Source: Armatimonadota bacterium
GTDB lineage: Bacteria > Armatimonadota > Zipacnadia > Zipacnadales > UBA5352
Direction of reading: 5' to 3'
NCBI GenBank assembly: GCA_046540615.1
Contig: JBKHFA010000001.1
Location: 1-50,960, forward strand
Length of the DNA stretch: 50,960 bases
The notes beneath the pieces were generated by a model. It did not search any database. It saw only the letters and a program-made list of their open reading frames with translations, and had not been told where the DNA came from. Made by a program: the position numbers and the translations under genes. The first letter of the stretch is position 1. Each line of letters starts with the position of its first letter. Positions 1 through 9,811 of this stretch are shown here, piece after piece.

Positions 1-10
1 CAACGGCCTC

Positions 11-1081
11 GTGATAGAGTACAACATCACCGGCAGCGTAAAGCTCAGCGAGCCGGTTGACACCGAGGGCTTCACCACGAGGCGCAAATACACCGGCACC
101 GTCTCACCGGGAACGATCACGCTCTCCGGTTCCGGCTCCCTCGACAGTGGCTGGCGAGCCAACCTGGAGGTCCATCTGCAGATCGGCGATGCGCGCATCA
201 ACGAGGAGTGGACCTTCGACGCGCCCGGCAGCAAGGACTTCGACTTCACAGTGGAGATACCCGAGGACGCGGACCTCAGCTACCCCCCGCCGCAGTTCTG
301 GATCGAACTGACGGGGCTATATTCGACCGCGGGCAGGGGATCAGCGCAGACGACGCGCGGCTTGATGGTCTCGGCACGGCTTGAAGAGGACCCGTCCGCG
401 ACGCAGGCCCGCCATGAGAGGGCTGACGCAGAGTGGCGCGCGGAGGTCGAGAAGACGCTCCGCGAACTCGGCTACGAGCAGACGCAGGCCGGGCGCGAGA
501 TCGAGGAGATGCGCCAGGCCATAGACGGGGGCGATGAGGCGTGGCGGGAGTACGTGGCTCGCAAGCAGCGCGAACTGGGCTACCAGGATGCCGCGCCGGA
601 GGCCGCCTTCGATGAGATGGCCGCGGCGCTTGAGGCCGGCGGCCCGACCTGGGAGCAATACGCCGCCGCGCATGGTGGTGAAGGCGCACCACCTGACGGT
701 GCCGCACCTCCCACCTCCGCTCCGCCTGCCACCACGCCACCCTCGACCGGCGATGTCGGCGGCCTGCAGGTCGGCACCGGCACCGATGGCGGGACCACCA
801 CCGGCGCCGCGGAGCACTTCCCGCAGGCATCGAAGATCGCCGCCGCCCTGAGCTACGAGAACCAGCAGGCGGGCAGCACAGCCGTCGCCGTCTGGACCCG
901 CGACGGCGCGGAGGTGACGCGCAGCCAGCAGACCCTCGGCGGCGCGAATGGATGGGTCTCATTCTCTCTCATGACGCAGGACGCAGGCGGCCTGCAGCCG
1001 GGCCGGTACACGCTGACCATCAGCGTTGGCGACACGGTCCTCGGCCGTAAGACCTTCACCATCGGAGGGGCGCAGGGATGA
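11..1081 (+). CDS. hypothetical protein; the frame is open to the window edge, so it may be 5'-truncated
   Basis: Long ORF starting at GTG, with no in-frame stop between nt 2 and 11. It contains an internal ~31-aa duplication (RELGY..EEM..A..GG..W.EY, twice), then an Ala/Pro/Thr-rich linker and a beta-rich C-terminal domain. Its stop overlaps the next start (ATGA at 1078-1081). Confidence 0.6.
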   Translation: MIEYNITGSVKLSEPVDTEGFTTRRKYTGTVSPGTITLSGSGSLDSGWRANLEVHLQIGDARINEEWTFDAPGSKDFDFTVEIPEDADLSYPPPQFWIELTGLYSTAGRGSAQTTRGLMVSARLEEDPSATQARHERADAEWRAEVEKTLRELGYEQTQAGREIEEMRQAIDGGDEAWREYVARKQRELGYQDAAPEAAFDEMAAALEAGGPTWEQYAAAHGGEGAPPDGAAPPTSAPPATTPPSTGDVGGLQVGTGTDGGTTTGAAEHFPQASKIAAALSYENQQAGSTAVAVWTRDGAEVTRSQQTLGGANGWVSFSLMTQDAGGLQPGRYTLTISVGDTVLGRKTFTIGGAQG

Positions 1082-1638
1082 AGATCGGAATCATCGCCGA
1101 CACGCACGGAAATGTCGCCGGCTGGGACGCGGCGATGGAGGTCGCGCTTGAGGGCAGCGACCTCATCGTCCACTGCGGCGATGTGCTCTACCACGGGCCG
1201 AAGTTCGAGCCGACCGACTCGTATGACCCGATGGCGCTGGCCGGGCGCATCAACGACAGCGAGGTCCCGGTGCTGATCGCCCGCGGCAACGGCGACTCGG
1301 ACGTCGATCAGCTTGTGCTGGAGGTGCCGGTGCAGAGCCCCTACTGCTTCGCGCAGGTGGAGGGACTGCGTATCCTTGCCGCGCACGGGCACATCCAGAC
1401 GCCTGAGGAGCTTCTGCCGCTGGCGGAGCAGTGGGGCATCGACCTGCTTCTGACCGGACACGTACACACGCCGGTCGAAGCGCGTTACGCTGATGTGCTG
1501 CACGTCAATCCGGGCACGGTCACCTATCCGCTCTCGCCAGATGAGCCTCTGCAGCGGCGCACCTGCGCCGTGTGGGAGGATGGTGAGCTCGCGCATTTCG
1601 ACGTCGAGAGCGGCCAGCAACTCGACCTGCCGGGGTGA
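1078..1638 (+). CDS. metallophosphoesterase, YfcE/MJ0936-like phosphodiesterase family
   Basis: The full calcineurin-like motif set is present in order: IIADTHGN, HCGDV, RGNGDSD, AAHGH, LTGHVHTP. There is a 4-nt ATGA overlap with the upstream ORF. Confidence 0.85.
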   Translation: MKIGIIADTHGNVAGWDAAMEVALEGSDLIVHCGDVLYHGPKFEPTDSYDPMALAGRINDSEVPVLIARGNGDSDVDQLVLEVPVQSPYCFAQVEGLRILAAHGHIQTPEELLPLAEQWGIDLLLTGHVHTPVEARYADVLHVNPGTVTYPLSPDEPLQRRTCAVWEDGELAHFDVESGQQLDLPG

Positions 1639-1766
1639 GGCTCGTGAGTGACCGCCGATGATTCGGCCCATGGATCGCCGCTTCTCACACCAGAGCGGCC
1701 CCGGCGACCGGCCCTGCCTCATGAGGTTCGACGCCAGGCGGCCGCAGAGAGAGAGGACGGTCCGCG

Positions 1767-2222
1767 ATGAGTTGGGTAGGATACACGGTCCTTGGAGTGT
1801 TCGCGCTCGCGGTTGCGGTGGTCGGCCTTCGCGTCTGGCTGAACCGCCTGCGGCAGTCGGCGCTGGACGACGCCGATCGGACGCTCGCCGGAAAGAAGAT
1901 GGTGCTTCGCGACCCGTCTGCGAATCTGATCGGAGTCCGCTCCAGGGGCGCCGGCGCGGTGCGCGGCAACGGTGTGCTCACGCTGACTGAGCGGAACCTG
2001 CAGTTCGTCATGTGGCTGCCTCGCCGAAGCTTCTCCATCGCCCTCGAAGACGTCACTTCGGTGGAGACCCCGAAGTCGTTCATGGGGCGCAGCAAGCTGC
2101 GCGAACTGCTGCAGGTGAACTTCACCGATGAGCGCGGGGAAGAGGACGCCGCGGCGTGGGTGGTCGCCGATCTCCCGGCGTGGAAGATGGCGCTTCGCGA
2201 GCGGACCGGCGGACGGAGCTAA
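1767..2222 (+). CDS. membrane-anchored protein with a bacterial PH/GRAM-like domain
   Basis: N-terminal TM helix (VGYTVLGVFALAVAVVGLRVWL) followed by a ~110-aa domain with a PH/GRAM-like pattern (GNGVLTLTERNLQFV...VTSVE). GAGAGGA SD lies ~10 nt upstream of ATG 1767. Confidence 0.6.
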   Translation: MSWVGYTVLGVFALAVAVVGLRVWLNRLRQSALDDADRTLAGKKMVLRDPSANLIGVRSRGAGAVRGNGVLTLTERNLQFVMWLPRRSFSIALEDVTSVETPKSFMGRSKLRELLQVNFTDERGEEDAAAWVVADLPAWKMALRERTGGRS

Positions 2223-3739
2223 GCCGTCTTCCGGGGTATCACCATCGTGATAGACGTGCCCTCGCGCGGTGCGCTGTCGATGACACAGGTCCCGCCGAGG
2301 GCCTCTATGCGGTTGCGCACACTTGCGAGGCCGAAGCCGCCCTGCTGCTCATTGAGTACCTCCGCCGGGTCGAAGCCGTGGCCATCGTCGGTCACGTTGA
2401 TACGCAGCGTTGACTCCTCATCCATCTCAGCGCGGAGCGCTGCGTGATCGACACCGGCGTGCTTCACGACGTTAAAGAGCACCTCGCGCAACACCCGGAG
2501 CGCCATCGCCTCAACGTCGGAATTGCCGAGGCTGATCTCACCGTCTACCGTGACATCTACGGTGAGGCCATGCCGCTCATGCATGTGCTCGGCCAGCCAG
2601 TGCAGCGCCGGCCCCAGACCCCGCTCCCGGACGATCGCAGGACTTATCTCCCCCACCAGACGCCGACTCATCTCGATTGCCTCGCTCAGATGCTCATCGG
2701 CCGCGCCGAGAAGCTGCACGTCCGTGTCCGGTGACGCGGACGCCATCTTCACGCGCATCCTCGCGGCCGCGAGAAGCTGCTGGAGGTCGTCGTGCAGTAT
2801 GCTCGCCAGTCGCTCGCGCTCTCGCGTCTCGGCCCGCGCAAGCTCGCCCGCAAGGGCCCGCGCCTGCTCGGTCCGCTCGGTCACGCGCTGCTCCAGCGTC
2901 TCGTTGAGGGCCTCAAGCTCGGCCTGCGACCGCTCAAGCTGCTCCTCCCGCTGCTTGAGATCGCGGAAGAGCACGTCGTAGGGGCGGCGCAGCCCCGCCT
3001 CCACGACCGCCTTGTAGATCAGATAAAAGGCCACCAGCTTGAGGAAATGACCGACGAGATTCGGGAATCCGTAGGGATCCGCGTAGAGAGTAAAGGCGAC
3101 CTCCCCTGCGAATGTGGCCCCGATTGAGCCGACCAGCAGGCCGAGGACCGTCCTGTCCAGCCGGTCGCGCCAGGCGAGCATCCACGTGATGGCGATCAGC
3201 AGCAGGCCGCAGATCACGTACTCCGCGATGATCTTGAACGCGGTGAGGCCTCCGGCGGCCTCGTCCCACGCGGTCGGGAAGATGTCCCAGGCGAAGATCG
3301 AGAGGAGCACCAGCGTGGTCACCGCGCCGAAGCCCGCAAGGGTGGCGCGGGCCGGCAGCCTCCGCGTGAAGAACAGCGGGGCGGTCAAAAGAACGAGGGC
3401 CTGCATGAAGCGCGCGGCCACCCACAGTTGCGTGGGGAGATTGACGCCGGCCTCCGGGAACACGCCCATGCCCGTGTAGGCGAGCGTGTGTACGAGGTCA
3501 AGCAATCCGACGAAGAGGTAGCCGATGCCGATCCACAGCAGGAAGTGTCCGTCGGAGAACGTGCGGGAGTTCCACGCGAGCATGAACAGCGCCATCGCCA
3601 CGGCGACCGCGAAGATCTCCACGATGCTGTGGAAGAGCAGGTAGCTGTAAGTCTGGGCAATGTAGAGGCCCGCAAACAGGGCCAGCACCGCGAGGCCCCT
3701 GGCTACCACCGCCGCCCGGTTATTCAGATGATCTGTCAT
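2219..3739 (-). CDS. sensor histidine kinase, NarX/LiaS-type (HisKA_3 + HATPase_c), with a polytopic N-terminal membrane sensor domain (possibly MASE3-like)
   Basis: About 7 predicted TM helices in the first ~260 aa, then a coiled coil, an H-box RERLASILHDDLQQLL, an N-box NVVKHA, and G-boxes DDGHGFD / GGFGLASV. No response regulator gene is present in the window. Confidence 0.85.
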   Translation of the reverse strand: MTDHLNNRAAVVARGLAVLALFAGLYIAQTYSYLLFHSIVEIFAVAVAMALFMLAWNSRTFSDGHFLLWIGIGYLFVGLLDLVHTLAYTGMGVFPEAGVNLPTQLWVAARFMQALVLLTAPLFFTRRLPARATLAGFGAVTTLVLLSIFAWDIFPTAWDEAAGGLTAFKIIAEYVICGLLLIAITWMLAWRDRLDRTVLGLLVGSIGATFAGEVAFTLYADPYGFPNLVGHFLKLVAFYLIYKAVVEAGLRRPYDVLFRDLKQREEQLERSQAELEALNETLEQRVTERTEQARALAGELARAETRERERLASILHDDLQQLLAAARMRVKMASASPDTDVQLLGAADEHLSEAIEMSRRLVGEISPAIVRERGLGPALHWLAEHMHERHGLTVDVTVDGEISLGNSDVEAMALRVLREVLFNVVKHAGVDHAALRAEMDEESTLRINVTDDGHGFDPAEVLNEQQGGFGLASVRNRIEALGGTCVIDSAPREGTSITMVIPRKTA

Positions 3740-3759
3740 GAGCCTCTGACCGGCCCGAC

Positions 3760-4611
3760 TTACCCTGCCTCCACCACATCAATCAACCCCGAAAGATAGT
3801 CGTAGGCTTCGACCAGCTTCTCCTCCGTCGTAATACCCTCGGGCGCGGTGCAGTAACCGCCGCGGAAGTCCTCGAGGCACACGTACCCGTCATACTCATA
3901 CTCATGCAGCGATGCGATGATCTCCTCGAAGTCGGCCAGCCCGCACTCGAGCGAGGCGTTGTGCCACTTCCACGCCCCATCCTCATTCTGCAGCCACTGC
4001 ATGTTCTTGGCATGCACGTGCGCGAGGTAGGGGCCCATCATCTCGATGCCCATCCGCCAGCGCTCCATCCCCTCGATCACCATGTTGCCGGGGTCCAGTA
4101 TCAGTCCGACGTGCTCCGGATCGAAATGTTCGACGATCCGCATCCCCGCCGAAGCCGAGGGGCAGATGGTGTTGGCGTGCAACTCGATGAGCGCCTTCAC
4201 GCCGTGCTCGGCGGCCATCGACTCGATGGTCCGGTAGTTCTCGATGACCATCTCGTGCAACTCATCGTAGTGCGTGGAGCCGTCGTAGCGGGCCGAGCCG
4301 ATACGCAGCATCGGCGCGCCCATCACCGCGGCCGCCTTCATCAGGCGCTCGATCTTCTCGAAATCGCCGGTGTCCGAGCTTGTGCCCAGCGAGGGGATGT
4401 CGAGGCCGTGGCGCTCGGCGACCTCTCTCGCGCGCGGCGCGTCCTCCTCGATGTTCTCGAGGCTCACATGCCACTGCTCGCCGGAGTCGAAGACGCGGTC
4501 CTCGTAGCCGACGGTCCACTCCACGCCGGTGTAGCCGACTTCGGCGATCTTCGCGGCGGCGTCGTCGCGACGGTAGTCGGGCAGTACGATCGAATACACG
4601 CCAAGCTTCAT
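3760..4611 (-). CDS. sugar phosphate isomerase/epimerase (xylose isomerase-like TIM barrel)
   Basis: Typical family pattern: GYTGVEW, IELHANT, LDPGNM, HVHAKN, and C-terminal YDGYVCLE. GGAGAGGA SD precedes ATG 4611. Confidence 0.8.
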   Translation of the reverse strand: MKLGVYSIVLPDYRRDDAAAKIAEVGYTGVEWTVGYEDRVFDSGEQWHVSLENIEEDAPRAREVAERHGLDIPSLGTSSDTGDFEKIERLMKAAAVMGAPMLRIGSARYDGSTHYDELHEMVIENYRTIESMAAEHGVKALIELHANTICPSASAGMRIVEHFDPEHVGLILDPGNMVIEGMERWRMGIEMMGPYLAHVHAKNMQWLQNEDGAWKWHNASLECGLADFEEIIASLHEYEYDGYVCLEDFRGGYCTAPEGITTEEKLVEAYDYLSGLIDVVEAG

Positions 4612-4779
4612 GGTTGTGATCCTCTCCGGTTGCAGCGCGGCTCACATGCGCACACCTCTGCAAACAGCACATAGCGTGTCTAAGTTCCCCGAAGACGCGC
4701 GAAAGCCTTCTGCCGCACCGGCTTTGTATCACCGGTCAATGATTGGCCTGCGGCCTGCAGCAGGAGGTCGTGTGCCGTG

Positions 4780-4802
4780 GTCGTCCGGAGAGATGGCCTG
4801 CC
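4780..4802 (+). repeat. copy 1 of the 23-nt intergenic motif GTCKTCCGGARNNNNGGCCTGCC
   Basis: gtcgtccggagagatggcctgcc. Matches the other two copies at 18/23 positions, and the arrangement TCCGGA - 6 nt - GGCCTGCC is conserved. Confidence 0.4.
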
Positions 4803-4846
4803 GGCAACGACAACGCCTCGCGGACCTCGAATCGCGCGGGAAATGC

Positions 4847-4900
4847 TTAACCGCGGCTTAACCGGCACATAACACTCGGTTAACGCGTGGCGGTTACTAT
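4847..4900 (+). promoter_or_regulatory. phased direct-repeat array (TTAAC/TTAAC/ATAAC/TTAAC at 11-bp spacing) plus a -10-like TACTAT, upstream of the DUF1559 gene
   Basis: Pentamers start at 4847, 4858, 4869 and 4880. TACTAT lies at 4895-4900, 66 nt upstream of ATG 4966. The same architecture recurs at 6109-6162. Confidence 0.5.
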
Positions 4901-4965
4901 CACTCACGGTGCACGGTCCACTATCTCGCTCGCCGGCCACACTTCTCAAGGAGGGTACATCGATC

Positions 4966-5967
<1,002 letters not shown>

Positions 5968-6032
5968 CACGGAATCACCCACCATCCACGCACCACCCCC
6001 CCCCAACACACGTACCCCGACACCTCCCGAAC

Positions 6033-6071
6033 AGCCGGGGCGGCCCCCCAACCGCCCCGGCTGCCCCTTTT
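6033..6071 (+). terminator. intrinsic terminator T1 after the DUF1559 gene
   Basis: 11-bp stem: agccggggcgg (6033-6043) pairs with ccgccccggct (6052-6062). The loop is 8 nt, followed by gccccTTTT (T run at 6068-6071). Confidence 0.65.
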
Positions 6072-6108
6072 GCGTGGGCCCCATGCGCAGAGAAGGGGAT
6101 CAACGGGT

Positions 6109-6162
6109 TTAATGCGCGCTTAACGCCCGCTTAATCTGTCGTTAATACATTCGCGCTATGAT
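6109..6162 (+). promoter_or_regulatory. second phased direct-repeat array (TTAAT/TTAAC/TTAAT/TTAAT at 11-bp spacing) plus a -10-like TATGAT
   Basis: Pentamers start at 6109, 6120, 6131 and 6142. TATGAT lies at 6157-6162, which is the same 15-nt offset from the last repeat as in the 4847-4900 array. Confidence 0.5.
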
Positions 6163-6205
6163 ACGAGTGAGGCTAGTACACCTCCCCCTGAGCCTCCCGA
6201 AACTT

Positions 6206-6240
6206 CCGGGGCGGTCCCCCAGCCGCCCCGGTCCTCTTTT
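6206..6240 (+). terminator. intrinsic terminator T2, a near-copy of T1, located 30 nt upstream of holB
   Basis: 9-bp stem: ccggggcgg (6206-6214) pairs with ccgccccgg (6223-6231). The loop is tcccccag, followed by tcctcTTTT (6232-6240). About 80 percent identical to T1, including the upstream CCTCCCGAA. Confidence 0.6.
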
Positions 6241-6270
6241 GTACCAACTGCCGAAACGCTCCGCCGATCC

Positions 6271-7566
6271 ATGATCGATGCAGGTATCACGCCGGTCCAC
6301 TGCGAAACACTCAAGGCAATGGGATTTAGCGACATTCACGGACATCAACAGCAGATCGAGGTTCTCCGCCAGGCCATCGCCTCGGGCCGCATCCCCAACG
6401 CGTACCTTTTCGTCGGGGCTCCGAACGTCGGGAAGACGCTGGTGGCGCAGGAGTTCGCAAGGGCGGTCAACTGCGAGCGCCTGCCCGAGGAGCCGGAAGC
6501 CGGCGAGGTCGACGCCTGCGGAGAGTGCCACAACTGCGTACGCATCGCACAGGAGAATCACCCCGACCTGCAGATCCTGCGGCCGGCCGTGCGGGTGGAG
6601 GTCAAGCCGCCGACGGAGGACGCCGCCGACCGCGGCAGCGGTGAGCCCCGCGCGCGAACGGTCGCGCGCGACGTGTACATCGAACTGCCGGACGCGCTGA
6701 TTTACACCGAGCAGGTGGAGCGGCTGATCCAGCAGCTCTCGGCCAAGCCCGCGCTGGCCCGCCGGAAGATCGCCATCATCTGCTCGGCCGAGCGGATGCA
6801 CACCGACGGCGCGAACAAGCTGCTCAAGACTCTCGAGGAGCCGCCGCCGAATACCACCTTCATACTCACTACCGCGAACCCCTCGCGGCTGCTTGATACG
6901 ATCATCTCGCGCTGCCAGATGCTCAAGTTCCACCCGCTCTCCAACGCCGAGTTGCTGGCGACGCTCGGGGAGCGCTTCCCCGGCGCCGAAGATGCGCTGC
7001 GCGAGGGGGCGGTGGCGATGGCGGGCGGGCGCTACGGCCGGGCCGAGTGGCTCATGGAGGCGCCGGACGTGCTGTCGCTGCGCGACGAGCTGCTCGACCT
7101 CGTGGCCGCGACGACGCAGGCGCCGCTGGTGGAGTCCCTCCGGTTCGGAGAGCGGCTTGCGGCGATGCCCGAGCGCTGGTGGGATGCCGCGGAGACGGTC
7201 GAGGCCGAGGCGGGCGAGGGCTCGGAGGATGAGCGCGCGATGCGGGCAGAGGCGCTTGAGGAACTCGGCAAGAAGAGCCCTGATCGCATCAACCGCATCC
7301 AGATGAACGAGTTGCTCGACATCCTGCAGACGTGGTTTCGCGATCTGACGCTGCTTCGGGCCGATCCGAACTCGAAGCTGGTGCTCAACGCCGACCGCGC
7401 GGAGCAGCTTCGGGCGCTGGCTGAGGGCTACACGCCATCGGGCCTGGTGTGGGCGTCGGAGGTCATCGAGGACGTCCGCGCCGATCTGCTGGCACACAAC
7501 GCCAACTTCTCGCTCGCCTGCCAGGTGCTGATGGTGAAACTGATCGCGGCCGCCCGCCGGCAGTAG
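6271..7566 (+). CDS. holB: DNA polymerase III subunit delta-prime
   Basis: Matching motifs: GHQQQIEVLRQAIASGRIPNAYLFVGAPNVGKT (degenerate Walker A), the zinc module CGECHNC, HPDL, LLKTLEEPP and SRCQ. The start is uncertain: ATG 6319 (MGFSDIHGHQ...) gives the more family-typical N-terminus. Confidence 0.85.
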   Translation: MIDAGITPVHCETLKAMGFSDIHGHQQQIEVLRQAIASGRIPNAYLFVGAPNVGKTLVAQEFARAVNCERLPEEPEAGEVDACGECHNCVRIAQENHPDLQILRPAVRVEVKPPTEDAADRGSGEPRARTVARDVYIELPDALIYTEQVERLIQQLSAKPALARRKIAIICSAERMHTDGANKLLKTLEEPPPNTTFILTTANPSRLLDTIISRCQMLKFHPLSNAELLATLGERFPGAEDALREGAVAMAGGRYGRAEWLMEAPDVLSLRDELLDLVAATTQAPLVESLRFGERLAAMPERWWDAAETVEAEAGEGSEDERAMRAEALEELGKKSPDRINRIQMNELLDILQTWFRDLTLLRADPNSKLVLNADRAEQLRALAEGYTPSGLVWASEVIEDVRADLLAHNANFSLACQVLMVKLIAAARRQ

Positions 7567-7609
7567 GACGGGTTCGAGCCACTCCACGACGCAAACGGGT
7601 GAACGCCGG

Positions 7610-8065
7610 ATGCTGACTTCAAGCACAAAGTCGCTGATCCGGGGGATACTGCAGACCACCCTTGCATTGCTCGCCGCCGCGAGCTGCGGTGGATGGGTCG
7701 TGCTGTTTGGCATGTTTGTCGGCGTCACCGTGGACATGACGGTCATCACCGCCGCGTTCTGGGCGCTCACCGTGCTCTACGGTCTGCTGGCCGTGGCCAT
7801 CGGCAACGCTCTCGGCCGGCGGCAGGGCAAGCGCGGGATAGCGGCCGCCGTCCTCGGCGCTCTTCTGACGTGGAGCATGCTTGAGTTCTTCTTCTACCTC
7901 TGGGACATCGCGTCACCGCAGATGCGGGTGCCGATGATAGTCGGCGTGGCCTTCACGGCTGTCGGAGCGGCCATCGGCACCGTCCGCAAGGCCGACCGCG
8001 AGGCCGTGCGCGTGGAGCTTCGTGAGGAGCTGGACGAGTTGGAGCGCGATGAGGATGAAGTCTGA
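7610..8065 (+). CDS. hypothetical integral membrane protein (4 TM) with an acidic coiled-coil tail
   Basis: Four hydrophobic helices and the C-terminal tail REAVRVELREELDELERDEDEV. Same strand as holB, 43 nt downstream of it. Confidence 0.6.
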   Translation: MLTSSTKSLIRGILQTTLALLAAASCGGWVVLFGMFVGVTVDMTVITAAFWALTVLYGLLAVAIGNALGRRQGKRGIAAAVLGALLTWSMLEFFFYLWDIASPQMRVPMIVGVAFTAVGAAIGTVRKADREAVRVELREELDELERDEDEV

Positions 8066-8089
8066 GCCGCTCGGGAGGCCGCCGCCGGG

Positions 8090-8878
8090 ATGACCGGAGA
8101 ATGCTGCGAGACGACCGCGGAGCAGTTCCGCGAGTTCCACGTCGATGGCCTGCGCATCGCCGCCGGCATTCACATCCCGGCACGGACGCCCGCCCCGGGC
8201 GTCCTGATGTGCCACGGCTTCACCGGCCAGCGGATGGAGGCCCACTTCCTCTTCGTCAGGGCCGCGCGGGCGCTCTGCGCGGAGGGATTCAACGTCCTGC
8301 GCTTCGACTTCCGCGGCTCCGGCGAGAGCGCCGGGCGCTTCCGTGACATGACGATCAGCGGGGAGATCGAGGACACGCTCGCCGCGCTGATGGTGCTGCG
8401 CGCCGAGCCCACCGTTGACGAGCGGCGGATCGCGCTGATCGGCCTGAGCATGGGCGGGCTGGTCGCCGCGTGCGCCGCCGCCCGCGACGGCGACGTCGGT
8501 GCGCTCGCGCTCTGGTCGGCAGCGGCGGACATGGGAGAGCTGATCCGCGACCGCTGGCAGATGCCGACCGAACCGGGGGCGAGCGCGCGGGAGTACTACG
8601 AGCACGGGGCCTTCGAGATCGGCGCGGGATTCCTGCGCGACGCGATGCGCGTGAAGCCGCTGGAGGAGATCGCTCAGTTCGAGGGAGCGGCGCTCGTCGT
8701 CCACGGCGATGACGATCAGACGGTGCCGCTGGAGCACGCGCGTCGTTACATGGACGCCATCCCCGCCGGCGACGCCCGGCTTCATGTCGTCGCCGGCGCC
8801 GACCACACTTTCGCCACGGTCGCGCATGAGGCCGAAGTCATCGCCGAGACAGTGGCATTTCTGCGCGACCGCGCCTGA
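8090..8878 (+). CDS. alpha/beta hydrolase
   Basis: Oxyanion-type HGFTG, nucleophile elbow GLSMGG, and an acid/His region HGDDDQTVP ... GADHTF. Confidence 0.8.
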   Translation: MTGECCETTAEQFREFHVDGLRIAAGIHIPARTPAPGVLMCHGFTGQRMEAHFLFVRAARALCAEGFNVLRFDFRGSGESAGRFRDMTISGEIEDTLAALMVLRAEPTVDERRIALIGLSMGGLVAACAAARDGDVGALALWSAAADMGELIRDRWQMPTEPGASAREYYEHGAFEIGAGFLRDAMRVKPLEEIAQFEGAALVVHGDDDQTVPLEHARRYMDAIPAGDARLHVVAGADHTFATVAHEAEVIAETVAFLRDRA

Positions 8879-8898
8879 GCCGGGAAGGACGGACGGCC

Positions 8899-9810
8899 AT
8901 GTCAGAGCGTACCGCCGATGATCTGATCGCCGGCATCGGCTTCAACACCGCCTCGCTGCCCGACCGATCGCTCGAGGAGGCGTTGCGAGTCGGAGCCGAA
9001 CTCGGCCTGCAGTGCGTGGAACTGCTCGCCTTCGCGGGCTACCGGCACACAGCCGGCGAGCTTGCGGGGCATTTCTTCGACGAACTGACCGCGCCGGCGC
9101 GCGAGAGGCTTGCCGCGCTGGTGGCAGGCTTCGAGCGTGTGGCCGTGCATGCGCCGTTCTGGGACGTGGTCCCTTTCGCGCCAAACCCCGCCACCCGTGA
9201 CGCCTCGCGCCATCAGCTTCTGCGCACCCTCGAGGTAGCCGGCGAGATCGGCGCCGAGACGGTGACCACGCACGTGATCCCACGCGCCGGCAGAGAGCTG
9301 GGCGGCTTTCGCGACGAAGTCGTCGGCTTCTACCGCAACGCGGGCGACGTCGCGGAGGGGGCCGGCGTGACCGTCACCATCGAGACAGGCTATCCGCCCG
9401 GCATCGACGAGTTCGCGTCACTGGTCCGCGACATCGATCACCCGGCCGTGGGCGCGAACGTGGACGTGGGCCATCTGCGCGGGCTGCTGAGCGAGGAGGA
9501 TCGGGCGCCCGAGGCGATCGCTGAGGCGTACAACGCACTGCTGGCGCGTCACCTCAGGTCGCTGGGCGATCGGATCTATCACATGCACCTGCACGATGTG
9601 CAGGCTGAAGGCGTCCGCGACCACCGGGAGTGCGGGACGGGCATCATCGACTATGAGGCGATCTTCGCGTATCTGCTCGAGCGAGGCTACGCGGGAATGA
9701 TGACATTCGAACTGGAGGAGGCGGACGACGAGGCGGGGCTGGGCAGAAGCCGCGACGTGATTGAGGCGGCGATCCGCGCCGCGTCGCCGAACGCAGGGGG
9801 CGCAGGGTAG
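8899..9810 (+). CDS. sugar phosphate isomerase/epimerase (xylose isomerase-like TIM barrel)
   Basis: Family pattern: VELLAF, VTTHV, ANVDVGH, MHLHDV, and GYAGMMTFELE. Confidence 0.75.
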   Translation: MSERTADDLIAGIGFNTASLPDRSLEEALRVGAELGLQCVELLAFAGYRHTAGELAGHFFDELTAPARERLAALVAGFERVAVHAPFWDVVPFAPNPATRDASRHQLLRTLEVAGEIGAETVTTHVIPRAGRELGGFRDEVVGFYRNAGDVAEGAGVTVTIETGYPPGIDEFASLVRDIDHPAVGANVDVGHLRGLLSEEDRAPEAIAEAYNALLARHLRSLGDRIYHMHLHDVQAEGVRDHRECGTGIIDYEAIFAYLLERGYAGMMTFELEEADDEAGLGRSRDVIEAAIRAASPNAGGAG

Positions 9811-9811
9811 C

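Noticed and set aside
6167-6274. 35-codon ORF (GTG 6167 to TGA 6272-6274) whose stop overlaps the holB ATG 6271 in an ATGA arrangement
   Set aside because: It has no SD and a GTG at or before the predicted transcription start. Its Pro/Leu/Ser-rich product runs straight through the terminator hairpin. It is more likely non-coding, though a leader peptide cannot be formally excluded.
6142-7770. 542-aa ORF on the minus strand covering all of holB
   Set aside because: It is antisense to a gene with clear family motifs. Its product is Arg/Pro/Gly/Leu-rich with no motifs. This is the typical shadow ORF of GC-rich DNA, where stop codons are rare in the complementary frame.
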